NCBI GenBank assembly: GCA_039815185.1
Contig: JBCBZT010000032.1
Coordinates: 32,290-96,289, forward strand
DNA length: 64,000 bases
Source of the DNA: Cyanobacteria bacterium P01_A01_bin.123
GTDB lineage: Bacteria > Cyanobacteriota > Cyanobacteriia > Phormidesmidales > Phormidesmidaceae
Reading direction: 5' to 3'
How positions within the stretch are numbered: the stretch's first letter is position 1; each line of letters opens with the position of its first letter. The notes beneath the pieces are model-generated. The model was not told the origin of the DNA. It ran no database searches and saw nothing but the letters and a program-made list of their open reading frames with translations. Positions 44,984-55,354 of the stretch are shown one piece after another. The position numbers and the translations under genes are program-made.

Positions 44984-46537
44984 ATGCAATCCCTAGAGAC
45001 AGTCCAGCCCATCGCAGCGTCGCACAGCAAATTTGATCGGCTGCAGTGCAAACTACGCGATCGCTGGTTGCATATCAATCAGTTCGATACAGAGGAGCGA
45101 CATCTCTTAGTGATTCCGTCCCTCAGTCTCGATCAGCAGGAACTGCAAAAGATCTCTGGGGTTCACCACTACGAAGAAAGGTTACTGTTTTCTCTGATTC
45201 GCCTACGAAACCCAGAGACCCACCTGATCTATGTCACCTCCCAACCGCTTCACCCCAGCGTGGTGGACTATTACCTAGAACTGCTGCCAGGGATTCCCAG
45301 TTCTCACGCCCGTGATCGCCTGCATTTGTTCTCAACCTATGATTCGTCGATTAAACCCCTGACCCAGAAAATTCTGGAGCGGCCCCGGTTGATCGAACGA
45401 CTGCGACGGCATCTAAGGCCCGAAATCGCTTACATGACCTGCTACAACTCGACGGTTTTAGAGCGAGAACTGGCGTTGAAGCTAGATATTCCGCTACTGG
45501 CTGTTAACCCCGATTTATTGCACTGGGGGACTAAGAGCGGTAGCCGCACCATTTTTGCGGAATGTGGCTTACCCCATCCTGATGGCAGTGACTTAGTTTG
45601 GAACAGTAAGGATTTAGCGACTGTAGCGGCAGAACTTTGGGAGCGCCAACCCGCTCTTAAACGCATGGTGATCAAGTTGAATGAGGGCTTTTCGGGAGAA
45701 GGGAATGCCCTGTTGGATTTGCGTCCGATTGCGGACTATGGCCCTGACTTGGCCTCCCACCGGGAGCGGGTGAGCATGATTCGCGATCGCTTTGTGAGTT
45801 TACGCTTCCAGTGCCCGACGGAAGTTTGGGAACAGTTTCGTTTGCGGATTGGCGAACTGGGCGCGATCGCTGAGGCGTTTGTCGAGGGAGACGAAAAGCG
45901 ATCGCCTAGTGTACAAGGGCGGATTACACCGAGGGGTAATGTGGAGGTGGTCTCCACCCATGATCAACTCTTAGGTGGCCCCGATGGACAAATTTTCTTA
46001 GGCTGTTCGTTTCCCTGCGATGCGGAGTACCGCATGGCGATGCAGGAGATGGGTCATCAGGTGGGACAAAATCTTGCGGCTAAAGGGGCTTTGGAACGCT
46101 ACAGTGTCGATTTTATTGCCGTTCGGCAACCCCCTGATGCTCCTCAAAAGTGGAGCCTGCATGCTATTGAAATTAACTTGCGTAAAGGCGGCACTACCCA
46201 CCCTTTTATGGCGATGAAGCTGTTAACGGATGGGAATTACAACCCTGACGACGGCCAGTTTTACACGCCTCAAGGACAGGTGAAATGTTATCGTGCGTCT
46301 GACAACCTGCAAAACGCTGCTTACCGGGGGCTATTGCCCAGTGATCTAATCGATATCATCGTTAGCAAACGCCTGCACTTCAATACGGTGAATGCAACGG
46401 GAGCTGCGTTTCATCTGATGGGTTGTTTGTCTGAACATGGGAAACTTGGGCTCACCAGTATTGGTGACTCGCCAGAGGAAGCGAATGAGATTTATGACCA
46501 AGTGGTTTCAGCGTTGGATGAAGCAGTAGAGGGTTAG
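44984..46537 (+). CDS. PGM1-related ATP-grasp peptide ligase
   Basis: HYEERLLF.LIRL, WGTKSGSR, KLNEGFSGEGNA, SPSVQ, STHDQ.LGG, EINLRKGGTTHP. Confidence 0.8.
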   Translation: MQSLETVQPIAASHSKFDRLQCKLRDRWLHINQFDTEERHLLVIPSLSLDQQELQKISGVHHYEERLLFSLIRLRNPETHLIYVTSQPLHPSVVDYYLELLPGIPSSHARDRLHLFSTYDSSIKPLTQKILERPRLIERLRRHLRPEIAYMTCYNSTVLERELALKLDIPLLAVNPDLLHWGTKSGSRTIFAECGLPHPDGSDLVWNSKDLATVAAELWERQPALKRMVIKLNEGFSGEGNALLDLRPIADYGPDLASHRERVSMIRDRFVSLRFQCPTEVWEQFRLRIGELGAIAEAFVEGDEKRSPSVQGRITPRGNVEVVSTHDQLLGGPDGQIFLGCSFPCDAEYRMAMQEMGHQVGQNLAAKGALERYSVDFIAVRQPPDAPQKWSLHAIEINLRKGGTTHPFMAMKLLTDGNYNPDDGQFYTPQGQVKCYRASDNLQNAAYRGLLPSDLIDIIVSKRLHFNTVNATGAAFHLMGCLSEHGKLGLTSIGDSPEEANEIYDQVVSALDEAVEG

Positions 46538-46540
46538 GGG

Positions 46541-46568
46541 ATTTTGGATTTTAGATTTTGGATTTTAG
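46541..46568. repeat. STRR-like heptamer tandem (ATTTTRG x4)
   Basis: ATTTTGG ATTTTAG ATTTTGG ATTTTAG. Confidence 0.8.
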
Positions 46569-46620
46569 AGTAGCTTTTTGTGTGGTGCGGGGTTTTGATG
46601 GATGTAACAGCGCTTGGCCA

Positions 46621-46880
46621 AGATCCCCGGTTTTTTCAAAAAACCGGGGATCTGTCGTCACGGATCCCAAACTTCAAACTGGTAACTTTAGGATCAAAGC
46701 AGTTGGCCAACACCAATTTTTCTGCAACGTCTCGGAGCTCTGCTGTCGGGGCGTTCCAGTCTTCCCATAAAGATTTCTGCCCTGGGCTGCCCTTTTTCTT
46801 CAGTTGGGGGGTGAGAAACCGGGTTTCTTCTATCAAATAGCTCCATAGCTAAGGAGACTAGGATAAGAAACCCGGTTTCT
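46621..46880. repeat. Cluster of palindromic cyanobacterial elements
   Basis: AGATCCCCGGTTTTTT-C-AAAAAACCGGGGATCT at 46621-46653; inverted AGAAACCGGGTTTCTT / AAGAAACCCGGTTTCT pair at 46814-46880. Confidence 0.75.
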
Positions 46881-46896
46881 GGGAAGGGCTAATCCC

Positions 46897-47853
46897 CTAC
46901 TTAAGCGCTGCGATCACCTGGTCATGGATATCGCCGTTACTGGCAACCACGCCCTGGTTGTCCACCAGTCGATGACTCTTAGAAAAATCCAGCGGCTTGC
47001 CAAACATATCGGTGACTTTGCCCCCGGATTCTTCCACAATCAGCACGCCAGCCGCATGATCCCAAATTTTCTCGCGATAGTCTGGGGTTTTAGGCGAGGG
47101 AAGCCGCAAATAAAGCACCGCCTTGCCCGCAGCCACTGCACCGTATTTGGCTTGACTATCCATGCGCACAGAGTCAGCGGTAATGCCAATGGTTTGGGCG
47201 ATCGCACCCTGTTGGCTTTGGTTACCGTGGCCTGATTCCACACTTTCTACTAACCGTAAGGTTTCGGCATTATCGGTAGCCGCAACGCGGATTGGCTGGA
47301 GTGTTTCGCTGTCAATCGCCATTTGGAATGCGCCTTCACCACGCACCGCGACAAACAGCGTGCCTGCTTCACCCGCGAAGTCTAGCGCTGGGCAAGCCAA
47401 AACCCCAACTTTAATGTCTCCCTGTTCTACCAGCGCTAGGGCGACTGCATACTGATCCTGGCGTAAAAATCCCTTAGTGCCGTCGATCGGGTCGAGAGTC
47501 CAGTAGCGATCGCTAACTTGCCCATTGCCATGATCAATCCAACCCAAAACCTGATCGGCAGTGGCCCCTGGGGCAATGGCGCTGACACAGCTACTGACCT
47601 GGTTAAGCTTATCGGCCATCTCGGGATCACGCAGCATGGCGGCATCTTCTTCACCGACCACCGGATCATTGGGAAACGCCGCCGCTAAAGCTCGACAAAT
47701 CAGCGCTTGAGACCCCAAATCGGCAATCGTCACTGGACTTTTATCTTTTTTCTCAATCGCCTCGGGTGTGATCGTTTGGCGAACCTGCTGACAAAGCTTA
47801 GCAGCCGCGATCGCGGCCTCAACGGCAACCTTTTTTTCCTGTTCGTAAGCCAT
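46897..47853 (-). CDS. 3'(2'),5'-bisphosphate nucleotidase (HAL2-like, inositol monophosphatase family)
   Basis: DKSPVTIAD, VGEED, WTLDPIDGTKGFLR, DSQAKY, EKIWDHAAG. Confidence 0.9.
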   Translation of the reverse strand: MAYEQEKKVAVEAAIAAAKLCQQVRQTITPEAIEKKDKSPVTIADLGSQALICRALAAAFPNDPVVGEEDAAMLRDPEMADKLNQVSSCVSAIAPGATADQVLGWIDHGNGQVSDRYWTLDPIDGTKGFLRQDQYAVALALVEQGDIKVGVLACPALDFAGEAGTLFVAVRGEGAFQMAIDSETLQPIRVAATDNAETLRLVESVESGHGNQSQQGAIAQTIGITADSVRMDSQAKYGAVAAGKAVLYLRLPSPKTPDYREKIWDHAAGVLIVEESGGKVTDMFGKPLDFSKSHRLVDNQGVVASNGDIHDQVIAALK

Positions 47854-48110
47854 AACTCTCTGTAGTGAACTGCGTCTCAATTAAAATTTGGCTAAACTTT
47901 GGCCCGGTGAAACCCGGTATCCATGCTGGGCAGGGAACAACTGATTGGGCCTAGTTTAATGGACAGAAGCCACCCCCATAGGTAATCGATGCAACGCCTT
48001 TATCCAAACTTCAATGGGGGGATGCCGCAACGGGAAATTTCATTGCCGACTCTTAGGCGGCGCTTGCCCAGTATGCTATGGAAACCTACTGTTTGCTGAG
48101 CCTATGTGCC

Positions 48111-48977
48111 ATGAGCCTTGAACCCAATCCAGGCACCCTCTATTTAGTCGGCACTCCGATTGGCAATTTAGAAGATATTACTTACCGCGCCGTGCGCCTG
48201 CTGCAAACGGTAGATGTGATTGCAGCTGAGGACACCCGCCATACCGCTAAACTGCTGCAACATTTCCAAATCACCACACCCCAAATCAGTTACCACGAAC
48301 ACAACCAAAAGCAGCGGATTCCTGAGTTACTCAACCGTTTAGTAGACGGACAAAGCCTAGCGCTGGTCACCGATGCCGGGATGCCAGGGATTTCTGATCC
48401 GGGCTATGAGTTGGTCAGTGCCTGCTGGCGGGCCAATCATCCCGTTGTTCCGATTCCTGGCCCAACGGCGGTGATCACTGCCCTGACCGCCTCGGGCTTA
48501 CCCACCGATCGTTTTGTCTTTGAAGGTTTTTTGCCTGCTAAAGGCAAACCTAGGCAGCAACGATTGGAGGCAATCCAAACTGAATCACGTACAGTAGTGC
48601 TGTATGAATCGCCCCATCGACTCTCCCAAACTTTGGCAGATTTAGCAGCGACTTTGGGGGGCGATCGCGCCATTACCACAGCCCGCGAACTGACCAAGCG
48701 GCATGAGGAATTTTGGCAGGGGACTTTAGACTCCGCCTGCGATCGCTACCAAAAAATTTCCCCTAAAGGGGAGTTCACGCTAGTGATTGCCGGGGTCCAG
48801 CGTGCACCCCTACAACTGTCTGAAACGGCTTTAAAGGCTGAATTAAAAGTGTTGTTAAATCAGGGATTGTCGCGATCGCAAGCTAGCCGCCAACTGGCCC
48901 AACATACCCAACTGGCCCGTCGCGATATTTATCAACTGGCCCTGACCTTGGAAGATGACCTTGTTTCTAATGAATAA
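48111..48977 (+). CDS. rsmI: 16S rRNA C1402 2'-O-methyltransferase
   Basis: LYLVGTPIGNLEDIT, AAEDTR, DAGMPGISDPG, YESPHR, RELTK.HEE. Confidence 0.95.
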   Translation: MSLEPNPGTLYLVGTPIGNLEDITYRAVRLLQTVDVIAAEDTRHTAKLLQHFQITTPQISYHEHNQKQRIPELLNRLVDGQSLALVTDAGMPGISDPGYELVSACWRANHPVVPIPGPTAVITALTASGLPTDRFVFEGFLPAKGKPRQQRLEAIQTESRTVVLYESPHRLSQTLADLAATLGGDRAITTARELTKRHEEFWQGTLDSACDRYQKISPKGEFTLVIAGVQRAPLQLSETALKAELKVLLNQGLSRSQASRQLAQHTQLARRDIYQLALTLEDDLVSNE

Positions 48978-49099
48978 AATTTGATATAGCCAATAGTTGG
49001 ATATTATCCGACTACTTAAAGACGTGAAGTATCCTGCTCGAGACGATATTATTTGGATATTCCTGCTTGAAATTTAAGTTTAGGCAAGCGTTCTTAACC

Positions 49100-50182
49100 A
49101 TGCCTCTATTTAATCAACTTCTAAGACTCTATGCATCTCCAAAACCAACTGAGGATTTTTTTACTGAGATCTTCGCATATTTGCTTCAGGAAGAATCTGA
49201 AATCTTGACGTCATGGCTGAAGAGGATCAGAGTGATTCCCTCCAACCTGAGTTCTTTTCAAGCTCATGTCTTTACTCAAGGTACATATGAACCATTAGAA
49301 TCGCATGATCTTGCGAGTAGGCCCGATATCCAGATAGAAGTTTTGGCTGATCAGCAAAGAACAATCATATTTTTAGAATCCAAGATAACTGCCGTTGAGG
49401 GGGATAAGCAGCTAAGACGCTACGCTGAAATCCTAGAATCGTTGTCTCACTTTGACGTAAGGTTTTTGATTTATATCACGCGGGATTACGTTTCTAAAGC
49501 GGATCTTTCAATAAAAGATATAGATCTTAAACGTGTGATTTTTGTTCAATTAAGATGGCAAGATTTCTACAGGTTTTTAGAGCAACAAAAGAATACTCAA
49601 CTTGTCCGAGAGGTAAAGCTATTTATGGAGCAGCAGAGAATGAATGTAGGAAATCAATTCTTAGCGACTGATCTGATTGCTCTCATGCATTTTCATAGAA
49701 GTATAAAATTGATGGAGGCTTGTTTGCGTGAAGGGGTAGAAGAAAAATTTAATGAAGCATTTGGAAAAATGAGCAACCTCGCAGCGGCTAGCACTCAATT
49801 TCAAAATCATGGTCGATTTATTCGATATGTGTCACTAAATAAACGTAGCTTCTGGCCTGGAATAGGCTTTTTTGGTATGACAAGCAATGCTCAGCTTGAG
49901 TATCCGAATTTGGGGGTATTTTTACAGATTGATCCGGGTTGCCAATTTAGAGATTCAATTCTGAAAGGGATGATTGATATTGCTAATGACAAATCAAACG
50001 CTTGGAAAGGCTTTGGGCTCAATAATGCTAGTTCATGGCCAAATATTTCTTATACTAAAAACTTGCAAGAATTCCTGTCTGAAGACGATCAAGTTTTTAG
50101 CATTCAACGCTTTTTTCTTGAATGCATTGGTGAATGTCAGAAGCTTAAGGACAGTTACTCAGACGATTTACACTGGAGTTGA
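49100..50182 (+). CDS. PD-(D/E)XK nuclease-family protein (AT-rich)
   Basis: EDFFTEIFAYLL, RPDI.I, IFLESKI...EG.KQL.RY. Confidence 0.7.
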   Translation: MPLFNQLLRLYASPKPTEDFFTEIFAYLLQEESEILTSWLKRIRVIPSNLSSFQAHVFTQGTYEPLESHDLASRPDIQIEVLADQQRTIIFLESKITAVEGDKQLRRYAEILESLSHFDVRFLIYITRDYVSKADLSIKDIDLKRVIFVQLRWQDFYRFLEQQKNTQLVREVKLFMEQQRMNVGNQFLATDLIALMHFHRSIKLMEACLREGVEEKFNEAFGKMSNLAAASTQFQNHGRFIRYVSLNKRSFWPGIGFFGMTSNAQLEYPNLGVFLQIDPGCQFRDSILKGMIDIANDKSNAWKGFGLNNASSWPNISYTKNLQEFLSEDDQVFSIQRFFLECIGECQKLKDSYSDDLHWS

Positions 50183-50205
50183 ATCGCCTTGGATGACACC
50201 TAGGC

Positions 50206-51120
50206 CTAGGATTCACGTTGTCCATCGGCAATTAACTTATCCATGGAATATACATGCACATCCCGTTGCGGAAACGGAATCGTGATGCCCTCGGCGTCGA
50301 GGCGCTTTTTCACATTTTCGTAGGTGTTGAAGTAAACGGGCCAATAATGTTCGGTTTTAACCCAGGGGCGCACAGCAAAGTCAACGCTGCTGCTGCCCAA
50401 ATTAATGACACCCACAGTAGGCAGCGGATCTTGCAGAATCCGATCGTCTTTTTGTAGTTCGTCTTGGATCACGACCTTAACCCGATCGATGTCTTCCTCA
50501 TAGGCTACTCCGACGATTAAATCTACCCGCAGTACTCCTAGCGTTGAGTAGTTCGTGATGTTACCCCCCATCAAATTACCGTTGGGCACAATCACGGTGC
50601 GGTTGTCCAGAGTACGAATCACGGTGGTGAGCAGCTGAATATCTTCCACATACCCAGAAACATCGCAACTCTCAATCCAGTCCCCCACCTTAAATGGGCG
50701 AAAAATAATCACTAAGGCTCCAGAGGCAAGATTAGACAACGAACCCTGCAGTGCTAAGCCAACAGCTAGGCCCGCTGCGGCCACGGTCGCAACTAGAGAC
50801 GTGGTTTCGATACCCAACTGTCCTAGGGCAATCAACACGGCAAAGCCCACAATGCCGTAGTAGATCAAACTGCCAGCAAACGCGATCAAGGTGGCGTCAA
50901 TCCGCGCTTGACGCATCAGCCGCTTGACTAGTCGTTGGACAAAGCCTGCTACCCAGCGTCCCACTAGAAACACCAGCAATGCTGCGACCAGCTTCAACAC
51001 AAAAGCCAGTGACAGCGTCTGAACTTGACGAATTAGTTCTTCCAACTGGGAGAAATTTTCTATCGCAATATCATTGATGGCTTGAGCAGAGAGAACACAT
51101 CGCGTCTGGAACAGCAGCAT
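50206..51120 (-). CDS. mscS: Small-conductance mechanosensitive channel
   Basis: GLAVGLALQGSLSN.ASG...FRPFKVGD, VPNG, GITIPFPQRDVH. Confidence 0.92.
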   Translation of the reverse strand: MLLFQTRCVLSAQAINDIAIENFSQLEELIRQVQTLSLAFVLKLVAALLVFLVGRWVAGFVQRLVKRLMRQARIDATLIAFAGSLIYYGIVGFAVLIALGQLGIETTSLVATVAAAGLAVGLALQGSLSNLASGALVIIFRPFKVGDWIESCDVSGYVEDIQLLTTVIRTLDNRTVIVPNGNLMGGNITNYSTLGVLRVDLIVGVAYEEDIDRVKVVIQDELQKDDRILQDPLPTVGVINLGSSSVDFAVRPWVKTEHYWPVYFNTYENVKKRLDAEGITIPFPQRDVHVYSMDKLIADGQRES

Positions 51121-51244
51121 AATTGAATGGTTGGATTGGCTTGATGAAATAACCCCTAAATCAGTTTCAAGATACCAGTTTCAGTATTCTGGAGAAGCAA
51201 GCATATTTTAGAAATAAGGAGCTGAGGTCAAGTTGACAGCACCC

Positions 51245-52522
51245 ATGCCCCATTGGCGAATCTGGATTTTGGCATTGATGAGCAGCCTGTTGATTTTTTT
51301 GAGTGGCTGTCAACCGGTAGGATTTTCCGATCATGACGGGGATGGTGTCGTTCACCTGACCCTCTGGCAGGGCATTAGCCCACCCCCCAATCGGGATGTA
51401 TTTCAGGCGCTGGTGCAGCGTTTCAATGACACCCATGCGACCATTGAAGTCGAGTCGCTCTATGTGGGGCAGCCCGATCAGCAAATCCCCAAAATTTTGA
51501 CCGCAGTGGTGGGGAATGCGGCCCCAGATTTACTGTGGTACGTGCCAACGTTAACCGGGCAACTGGTCGAACTCGAAGCAATTCAGCCCCTTGACGATTG
51601 GCTTAATCAATCTGTCCTTAAAGATCAAATTGACCCAGCTCTATTTGACACGATGACAATGGAAGGGCAGATTTGGTCGATTCCGTTTGCCACGAATAAC
51701 GCCGCTATCTTTTATCGGCCTAGCTTGTTTGAAGCAGCAGGCGTCACCATTCCTGAAACCTGGGAAGAGTTACGCAGCGCTGCCCAGCAGCTGACCCAAG
51801 ATACAGATGGTGACGGTCGCACCGATCAGCACGGTATTTTCCTCTCGTTGGGCAAAGGGGAATGGACGGTGTTTGTATGGTTGCCGTTTGTGTACAGCGC
51901 CGAAGGGCATTTGAACCAGGGTAATCAAGCGGACTTGGTTAACTCGGGCACGGTAGCAGCTTTAGACCTGGGGGCACAACTGGTGCAGGATGGTTCGGTT
52001 GTGCTGTCTGCCCCAGAGCGGGGCTACGAAACCGACAGTTTTATGGCGGGTAAGGTGGCGATGCAGGTGACCGGGCCATGGACATTGCCGCAGATGAATG
52101 ATGCGGGCATTGATTTTGGGGTATTTCCCTTCCCAGTCAAAGCGCAGCCTGCGGCGGTTGTTGGCGGTGAAAACTTTTTTCTGATGCAGACAACGCCAGA
52201 GAAAACCCAGGCGGCCTATGCCTTTTTAGACTTTATCTTGAGTGAAGAATTTCAGCGGGAATGGGCCTTGGGAACGGGGTATCTGCCGGTCAATGTGCAG
52301 GTGCGCAACAGCCCGGAATACCAGCAGTTTGTGGCGGAGAATCCGGCCCTGGAAGTGTTTTTGCAGCAAATGGACTGGGCCAGGTCCCGTCCCGTGATCC
52401 CAGGCTATAGCCACTTATCGGAGAACTTTGGCCGCGCCATTGAGGCGACACTGCTGGGAACCCCGCCCCGTGAAGCCCTAGAAGACGCACAGCAACGTCT
52501 TCAGTTAATCTTAAGAGACTAA
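51245..52522 (+). CDS. Carbohydrate ABC transporter substrate-binding lipoprotein
   Basis: Lipobox LSGC, IFYRPSLFEAAG...PETWEEL, GKVAM..TGPW. Confidence 0.88.
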   Translation: MPHWRIWILALMSSLLIFLSGCQPVGFSDHDGDGVVHLTLWQGISPPPNRDVFQALVQRFNDTHATIEVESLYVGQPDQQIPKILTAVVGNAAPDLLWYVPTLTGQLVELEAIQPLDDWLNQSVLKDQIDPALFDTMTMEGQIWSIPFATNNAAIFYRPSLFEAAGVTIPETWEELRSAAQQLTQDTDGDGRTDQHGIFLSLGKGEWTVFVWLPFVYSAEGHLNQGNQADLVNSGTVAALDLGAQLVQDGSVVLSAPERGYETDSFMAGKVAMQVTGPWTLPQMNDAGIDFGVFPFPVKAQPAAVVGGENFFLMQTTPEKTQAAYAFLDFILSEEFQREWALGTGYLPVNVQVRNSPEYQQFVAENPALEVFLQQMDWARSRPVIPGYSHLSENFGRAIEATLLGTPPREALEDAQQRLQLILRD

Positions 52523-52552
52523 ATTCCTTTCTCTTTAGGACACAGGTGGCCT

Positions 52553-52924
52553 ATGACCCCTCCCAAACGGTTTCCTCAGCCCCCCAGTGATATCGACAGG
52601 CTAAAGCTGTTCATTTACTTGGTACCTGTGTTTGGCTTTGTGCCTGCGGTCTGGTCCCTTTATCGCAAGCAGGGCGGTCGAGAGGAACAATCGGTCAGCC
52701 GCTTGGTGGTCACCCTGGCTTTGGGTTGGTTGATCGCCTATATTTCCCTTGGCTTGGGGGCAGAAGCCTCTGAGTCTACGGCGATTTCAGTACGTCTGTT
52801 GGTAACAGGAAGCTTGATCAGCACGGGCTATTTTTTGACAAATCTATGGTTGATGATTCGGTTGTGGCGGGGCAAATCTCTACGATTGCCAGGGGTGAGT
52901 CAACTCAGCGATCGCTTGCCTTAA
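52553..52924 (+). CDS. Small conserved membrane protein
   Basis: Three hydrophobic segments; YLVPVFG..PA.W.LY pattern; upstream of the LCP gene. Confidence 0.65.
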   Translation: MTPPKRFPQPPSDIDRLKLFIYLVPVFGFVPAVWSLYRKQGGREEQSVSRLVVTLALGWLIAYISLGLGAEASESTAISVRLLVTGSLISTGYFLTNLWLMIRLWRGKSLRLPGVSQLSDRLP

Positions 52925-53150
52925 AGATTAACTTAAGTAACAGATTGGAATTCACTACAAAAATCAGAAAAAGTTGCTACCATCTGCTAAGCCGTAAGGG
53001 GTAGTCTGCCACGTCTTCGCCCTTTGGGCTCTGACATCAGCAGTTGTGGGTCAAGAACATATCATCAGCACGAATTGCGATTCCCCATCAGGGAATGTTC
53101 TGTAGACTCACTGCTCCATAGACTGAAATACTTGGCTAATGAGGTAGATT

Positions 53151-54539
53151 GTGTCCACTCAAAAAACGACCCGCCCCAGCGGCGCCCATCGGGCGCAACG
53201 CCCCCAACCGCCCCGCGCTAGGGTACCCCGCTGGATTGGTGTCAGCATTGCCTTAGCCATCGTCGCGTCCCTGTCTGCAACGGCGGGAGCTTTGCTGGCA
53301 GTCTCTCTTTCTAGTACACCACTCCTGCAAAGTGAACTCAGTGAAGACGAGGCAAGCGTTTTTACCCAAGACGATCCGATCGCAACAGGCAATACGCTGC
53401 GATTGCCTAAACTGACTCGCCCAGTCAACATTTTGATTTTGGGGGTCAAAGTACTCACGACCGATGTCACTTCGCCCCCACCAGAACTACAAGATGCGGG
53501 CTACCATGCCCTGGTTAACTCCTTTGAAGGGCTATCTGACACGATGTTGCTGGTGCGGTTCAATCCAGAAACCGAACAGTTAGTTGTGCTATCTCTGCCT
53601 CGGGATACGCGAACCCTCGTAGATGGACAGTTGACTAAGCTGAACGAAGCGAATCGCCAAGGTGGCCCAGCCCTTAGTGCTCAGTCGGTGAGTGATTTGC
53701 TGGGAGGCGTCGCCATCGATCGCTACATTCGGATCAATGTGCAAGGGGTTGAAAAGCTGGTTGATGCCTTGGGTGGTGTCACTGTGAATGTCCCCAAGGA
53801 CATGAAATATCAGGATGATAGCCAGCACCTCTACATCAACTTAAAAGCGGGGGAGCAAGCTCTCAACGGCGATCAGGCACTGCAGTTCTTGCGGTTCCGC
53901 TATGACGAAAATGGCGATATTGGTCGCATTCAGCGACAGCAAATGCTAATGCGGGCATTAATGGAACAAACCTTAACCCCTGCAACGGTTGCCCGTATGC
54001 CCAAAATTTTGTCAGTGGTTCAGTCCAATGTGGATACCAACCTCAGCGTTGAAGAATTGCTGGCTCTGACCGGATTTGCCGCCCAATCTAATCGTTCCAA
54101 TGTCCAAATGTTGATGCTGCCTGGTGGCTTTAGCTCTCCGTCTGAGTTCAATCTCAGCTACTGGCTACCGAACCGATCGGAAATTGCTACGATGTCCAAT
54201 CGCTACTTTGGTCACGGGGGCAGCTATCAAAGTGCCCTGGATCCGGCTTATGTAAAAATTGCGATTCAAGACAGTACCGGCAGTGATTTTGCAGTACAGT
54301 CTCTACTGGACACGCTGTATGACAGTGGCTTTAACAATGTGTTCCAAAATGGGACTTGGGCTGAACCGTTAGAGGTAACGCGCATCATTGCTCAACAGGG
54401 AGATCTAGAGAGTGCTGAGATGATTCAGCGCTTTTTGGGGGTGGGTGAAGTTCGGGTTGAAAGCACAGGGGATTTGGATTCTGACATTACGATTCAACTG
54501 GGCCAGGATTGGTTGAATGCTAATGGAAATGCGCTGTAA
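53151..54539 (+). CDS. LytR-CpsA-Psr (LCP) family protein with LytR_C domain
   Basis: NILILG, SDTMLL, LSLPRDT, FLRFRYD..GDIGRIQRQQ. Confidence 0.92.
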   Translation: MSTQKTTRPSGAHRAQRPQPPRARVPRWIGVSIALAIVASLSATAGALLAVSLSSTPLLQSELSEDEASVFTQDDPIATGNTLRLPKLTRPVNILILGVKVLTTDVTSPPPELQDAGYHALVNSFEGLSDTMLLVRFNPETEQLVVLSLPRDTRTLVDGQLTKLNEANRQGGPALSAQSVSDLLGGVAIDRYIRINVQGVEKLVDALGGVTVNVPKDMKYQDDSQHLYINLKAGEQALNGDQALQFLRFRYDENGDIGRIQRQQMLMRALMEQTLTPATVARMPKILSVVQSNVDTNLSVEELLALTGFAAQSNRSNVQMLMLPGGFSSPSEFNLSYWLPNRSEIATMSNRYFGHGGSYQSALDPAYVKIAIQDSTGSDFAVQSLLDTLYDSGFNNVFQNGTWAEPLEVTRIIAQQGDLESAEMIQRFLGVGEVRVESTGDLDSDITIQLGQDWLNANGNAL

Positions 54540-54570
54540 GCGTTAGTTTCGTTGGAGCTGTAGATCTGTC

Positions 54571-55143
54571 ATGGGTGTTGCGATCGCGCAGGTTTATCAA
54601 CTCAAAGTCACCCTAGTTGATAGTCAACCGCCGATTTGGCGGCGGTTTTGGGTACCTGACTGCTTTACTCTGAGCGAACTGCACCAGACTTTGCAGCTTG
54701 TGATGGGGTGGCAAAATGCTCATCTACACGAGTTTGAGATCGGGGGCGATCGCTTTGGTATTCCCGATCCCAATGGCTTTGACAACGATATCCGCGATCA
54801 ATCCACAGTCACACTCAAAGATCTAGCCCTGGCTGCATCTGCAACCTTTCGCTATACCTATGATTTTGGTGATGGCTGGTTACATCAGGTCTTAGTCGAA
54901 AAGGTACTGTCTCCGAGTGAAGCCCAAGGGCCTTATCCCCAATGTTTGAAAGGTAAACGGGCTTGTCCGCCCGAAGACTGTGGCGGCATATGGGGCTATG
55001 AAGATATTTTGTCGCGATGGGACGATGCTGGTGATCCGGACATTGAGGAACTGATTGACTGGCTGGGGGGAGATTTTGACCCAGAAGCTTTTGATTTGGC
55101 CGCGATTAATCAACGACTCAAACCATTGCAAAATCTTGCTTGA
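54571..55143 (+). CDS. pRiA4b ORF-3-like protein
   Basis: QLKVTL....PPIWRR, LH..LQ.VMGW...HLHEF, YTYDFGDGW.H, ACPPEDCGG. Confidence 0.88.
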   Translation: MGVAIAQVYQLKVTLVDSQPPIWRRFWVPDCFTLSELHQTLQLVMGWQNAHLHEFEIGGDRFGIPDPNGFDNDIRDQSTVTLKDLALAASATFRYTYDFGDGWLHQVLVEKVLSPSEAQGPYPQCLKGKRACPPEDCGGIWGYEDILSRWDDAGDPDIEELIDWLGGDFDPEAFDLAAINQRLKPLQNLA

Positions 55144-55354
55144 AGAAAAGTCGTCGTACAGTATTTTGCGTCCCTCCTTAAAGGAAAAACAAACTCTACA
55201 GCCGTCATCCCTTGCTGGTTTCAGGCTTAAGATATCTGGGATTTGACTGTCTGCGTTAGGCTAGCCATGGATGCATCATTGGCAAATCCAGTAACTCAAC
55301 CGCTCGAAAGATATCAACACGCGATTTTGTACGGCATGTTGAACAACTGCTCTA

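Noticed and set aside
24224..46537. Nif11 peptide and PGM1-like ligase as one RiPP pathway
   Set aside because: 20 kb apart with unrelated genes between, and the peptide has no core region
46558..46840. Short ORFs in the palindrome cluster
   Set aside because: Built partly from repeat sequence; no protein motif
54571..55143. pRiA4b ORF-3-like gene as evidence of an integrated plasmid or IS
   Set aside because: The family is common on chromosomes; no transposase, integrase or terminal repeats nearby
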